A DNA stretch of 26,921 bases from a virus (Duplodnaviria; Caudoviricetes). Below are positions 25,377 through 26,921 of this stretch, one piece after another. The stretch lies in IMG/VR virus record IMGVR_UViG_3300042481_000186, positions 1 to 26,921 of that record. The stretch is one strand, 5' to 3'. Made by a program: the position numbers and the translations under genes. A model generated the notes under the pieces. It was given only the letters and a program-made list of their open reading frames with translations. It ran no database searches and was not told the DNA's origin. How positions within the stretch are numbered: the first letter of the stretch is position 1; every line of letters starts with the position of its first letter.

Positions 25377-26921
25377 ATGGGATGGTTTGACTTTTTGAAG
25401 CCACGGCAGGCTCAGTCTGATGCGGTCATGAAAAACCAAATTGCCGTTGGGATGCGTCAAATGCTTGGCGGAGCGTTGGCGGGTTCGTGGGCAACGGACC
25501 ATCGCGAAGAAGTCAATCACTACACTGGATTCAATCACGTCGTAATTTCGGCAATCGCAGATCAGTGTGCAGCAGCGGACGTGAAGATTTATATCGACAA
25601 GGACAATGAGTCGGGGTCGAGGAGAAAAGCATTAAAGTCTCGATTCAAATCAATCGAACGGTACAAAGCGGTTTACGGAACAAAAGACTCTGACGTTCAG
25701 GAAGTCCCTGGGTATCACCCTTTATTTCAGTTGATGAAAACCCCGAATCCATATGAGTCGGGAGGAATGTTTCGCTTCAAGCAGGCAATGCAATTGCGAT
25801 TGACGGGAAGCTGCCTGGTGTGGAACGTGCCTAGCATCGCTGGTACGACGTGCCAGAGGTATGTTCTCCCAACGGCAATGACAACCCCCGTCATGAAGAC
25901 GCTGGAAATGCCGCTAGGAGGATGGCGAGTATCTGGCTATTCATCTCGATACATTCCACTCGACGATCAAGGGTTCACGGAAGGGTCTCCAACTTGGGTA
26001 AACCTGCTGGGGAAAATCATTGACGCACGCCAAGTACAAGTGATTAGATACCCTCATGCTTGGTGGTTTGATGATGGGCAAAGTCCGATTTCAGCCGGAG
26101 CCGAGTGGGTTGACACAGAGCAGGGAGTTAATCGATGCCGCGCAGCGCAACTGCGAAACGGCGTTGATGGTTCAATTCTTTACACTCTTCCTCCAGACGC
26201 TGCGCCGGACCAAGATGAAGTGGACCGGATTCAGATGAAATTAACGAAGCGATACGGAGGCGTTGACAATGTTGGCAAAGTGATTGTTGCTCAGTCCGGA
26301 ACGACCGTCACGCAATTGAGTACCGATGCCCGTGAGATGTGTTTCACAGAGGCATGGGACGACGTTAAATCTGCAATCCTCGCATTGCATCACACGCCCC
26401 CAGTAGCGATCGGGATTCAAGAGCCTGGGGCTTATGCGGCGTACTACGCTTCAATGCTTGCATGGAGACTTGGGGCGATTCAACCGCTTTGCAATATGCT
26501 GGCCGAATCAGATTCCATGCACCTCGCACCTGAATTTGGGGACCATCTCACGGTCGAGATCGACGCGCCTATCATGGACGATAAGGACCAAGATGAGAAG
26601 GAGTTCACCAACAACGTCAACGCTGGGATCTGCACCTATGACGAACTAAGAGCGATCCGAAATCTTCCCCCGCTTCCAAATGGCGAAGGTAATAGGCTGT
26701 GCGGCGGGCGAGCAATTCCCGACAATGCGAAAGAATCTGCGAAACTTGACGGCAACGCCGACAAATCAAACGATGAAGAGGTAGGCAAATACATTCCGAA
26801 AAATCCTTTTGAAAGCGAATCAAAAGCCTTGAAAGCGGCGGTTGAGGCAGCGAAGATCACGGATGCGGAGTGGGAAATGTCCCAAGCGAAATATCGCCAA
26901 GGGCAAACAACGGATGCGTTT
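25377..26921 (+). CDS. Phage portal protein, 3' truncated
   Basis: Not in the ORF track because it has no stop in the window. Manual translation gives HPLFQLMKTPNPYESGGMFRFKQAMQLRLTG and, in the same frame, DELRAIRNLPPLPNG; follows terL. Confidence 0.9.
   Translation, partial: MGWFDFLKPRQAQSDAVMKNQIAVGMRQMLGGALAGSWATDHREEVNHYTGFNHVVISAIADQCAAADVKIYIDKDNESGSRRKALKSRFKSIERYKAVYGTKDSDVQEVPGYHPLFQLMKTPNPYESGGMFRFKQAMQLRLTGSCLVWNVPSIAGTTCQRYVLPTAMTTPVMKTLEMPLGGWRVSGYSSRYIPLDDQGFTEGSPTWVNLLGKIIDARQVQVIRYPHAWWFDDGQSPISAGAEWVDTEQGVNRCRAAQLRNGVDGSILYTLPPDAAPDQDEVDRIQMKLTKRYGGVDNVGKVIVAQSGTTVTQLSTDAREMCFTEAWDDVKSAILALHHTPPVAIGIQEPGAYAAYYASMLAWRLGAIQPLCNMLAESDSMHLAPEFGDHLTVEIDAPIMDDKDQDEKEFTNNVNAGICTYDELRAIRNLPPLPNGEGNRLCGGRAIPDNAKESAKLDGNADKSNDEEVGKYIPKNPFESESKALKAAVEAAKITDAEWEMSQAKYRQGQTTDAF

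Larger units (their letters stand above)
1..26921 (+). mobile_element. Tailed phage/prophage genome segment (both ends outside the window)
   Basis: Dense co-oriented ORFs with ATGA/GTGA overlaps; ERF+YqaJ, helicase, terminase large subunit, portal; no host housekeeping genes. Confidence 0.95.

Noticed and set aside
25377-26921. Apparent non-coding region at the end of the ORF track
   Set aside because: It is the portal ORF, which lacks a stop within the window; the small ORFs listed there are shadows
1-26921. Integrase/IntI, tRNA or rRNA genes
   Set aside because: No tyrosine-recombinase motif set or RNA gene recognised by eye; a tRNAscan/HMM run would be needed to exclude them formally

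Overview
A fragment of a tailed (Caudoviricetes-like) phage or prophage, almost entirely + strand. Order: early regulators and small ORFs (RHH, CsrA-like, HNH); ParB-like protein and SF2 helicase; orphan HigA-like protein; STGxx pentapeptide-repeat protein; ERF/YqaJ recombination pair; RusA-like nuclease; an envelope/accessory block (lipoproteins, HExxH protein, dATP/dGTP diphosphohydrolase-like protein, metallophosphoesterase, papain-like peptidase, membrane and coiled-coil proteins); two virion-like proteins; terminase; and a portal gene running off the end. The main finding lies at 11.77-14.23 kb: an integron-type gene cassette array inside the phage, oriented against phage transcription. 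It has four complete attC-like sites (106, 106, 57 and 106 bp) with R boxes, a 6/5-nt unpaired spacer and extrahelical G and T, plus a half site. Four minus-strand cassette ORFs lie between the sites, and three cassettes share 5' leaders. No integrase is present in the window. The long sites also carry an SD and ATG reading in the phage direction, and one supplies the start of the next phage gene. A Planctomycetota-like host is only a guess. Product calls come from motifs read by eye; no database search was run.
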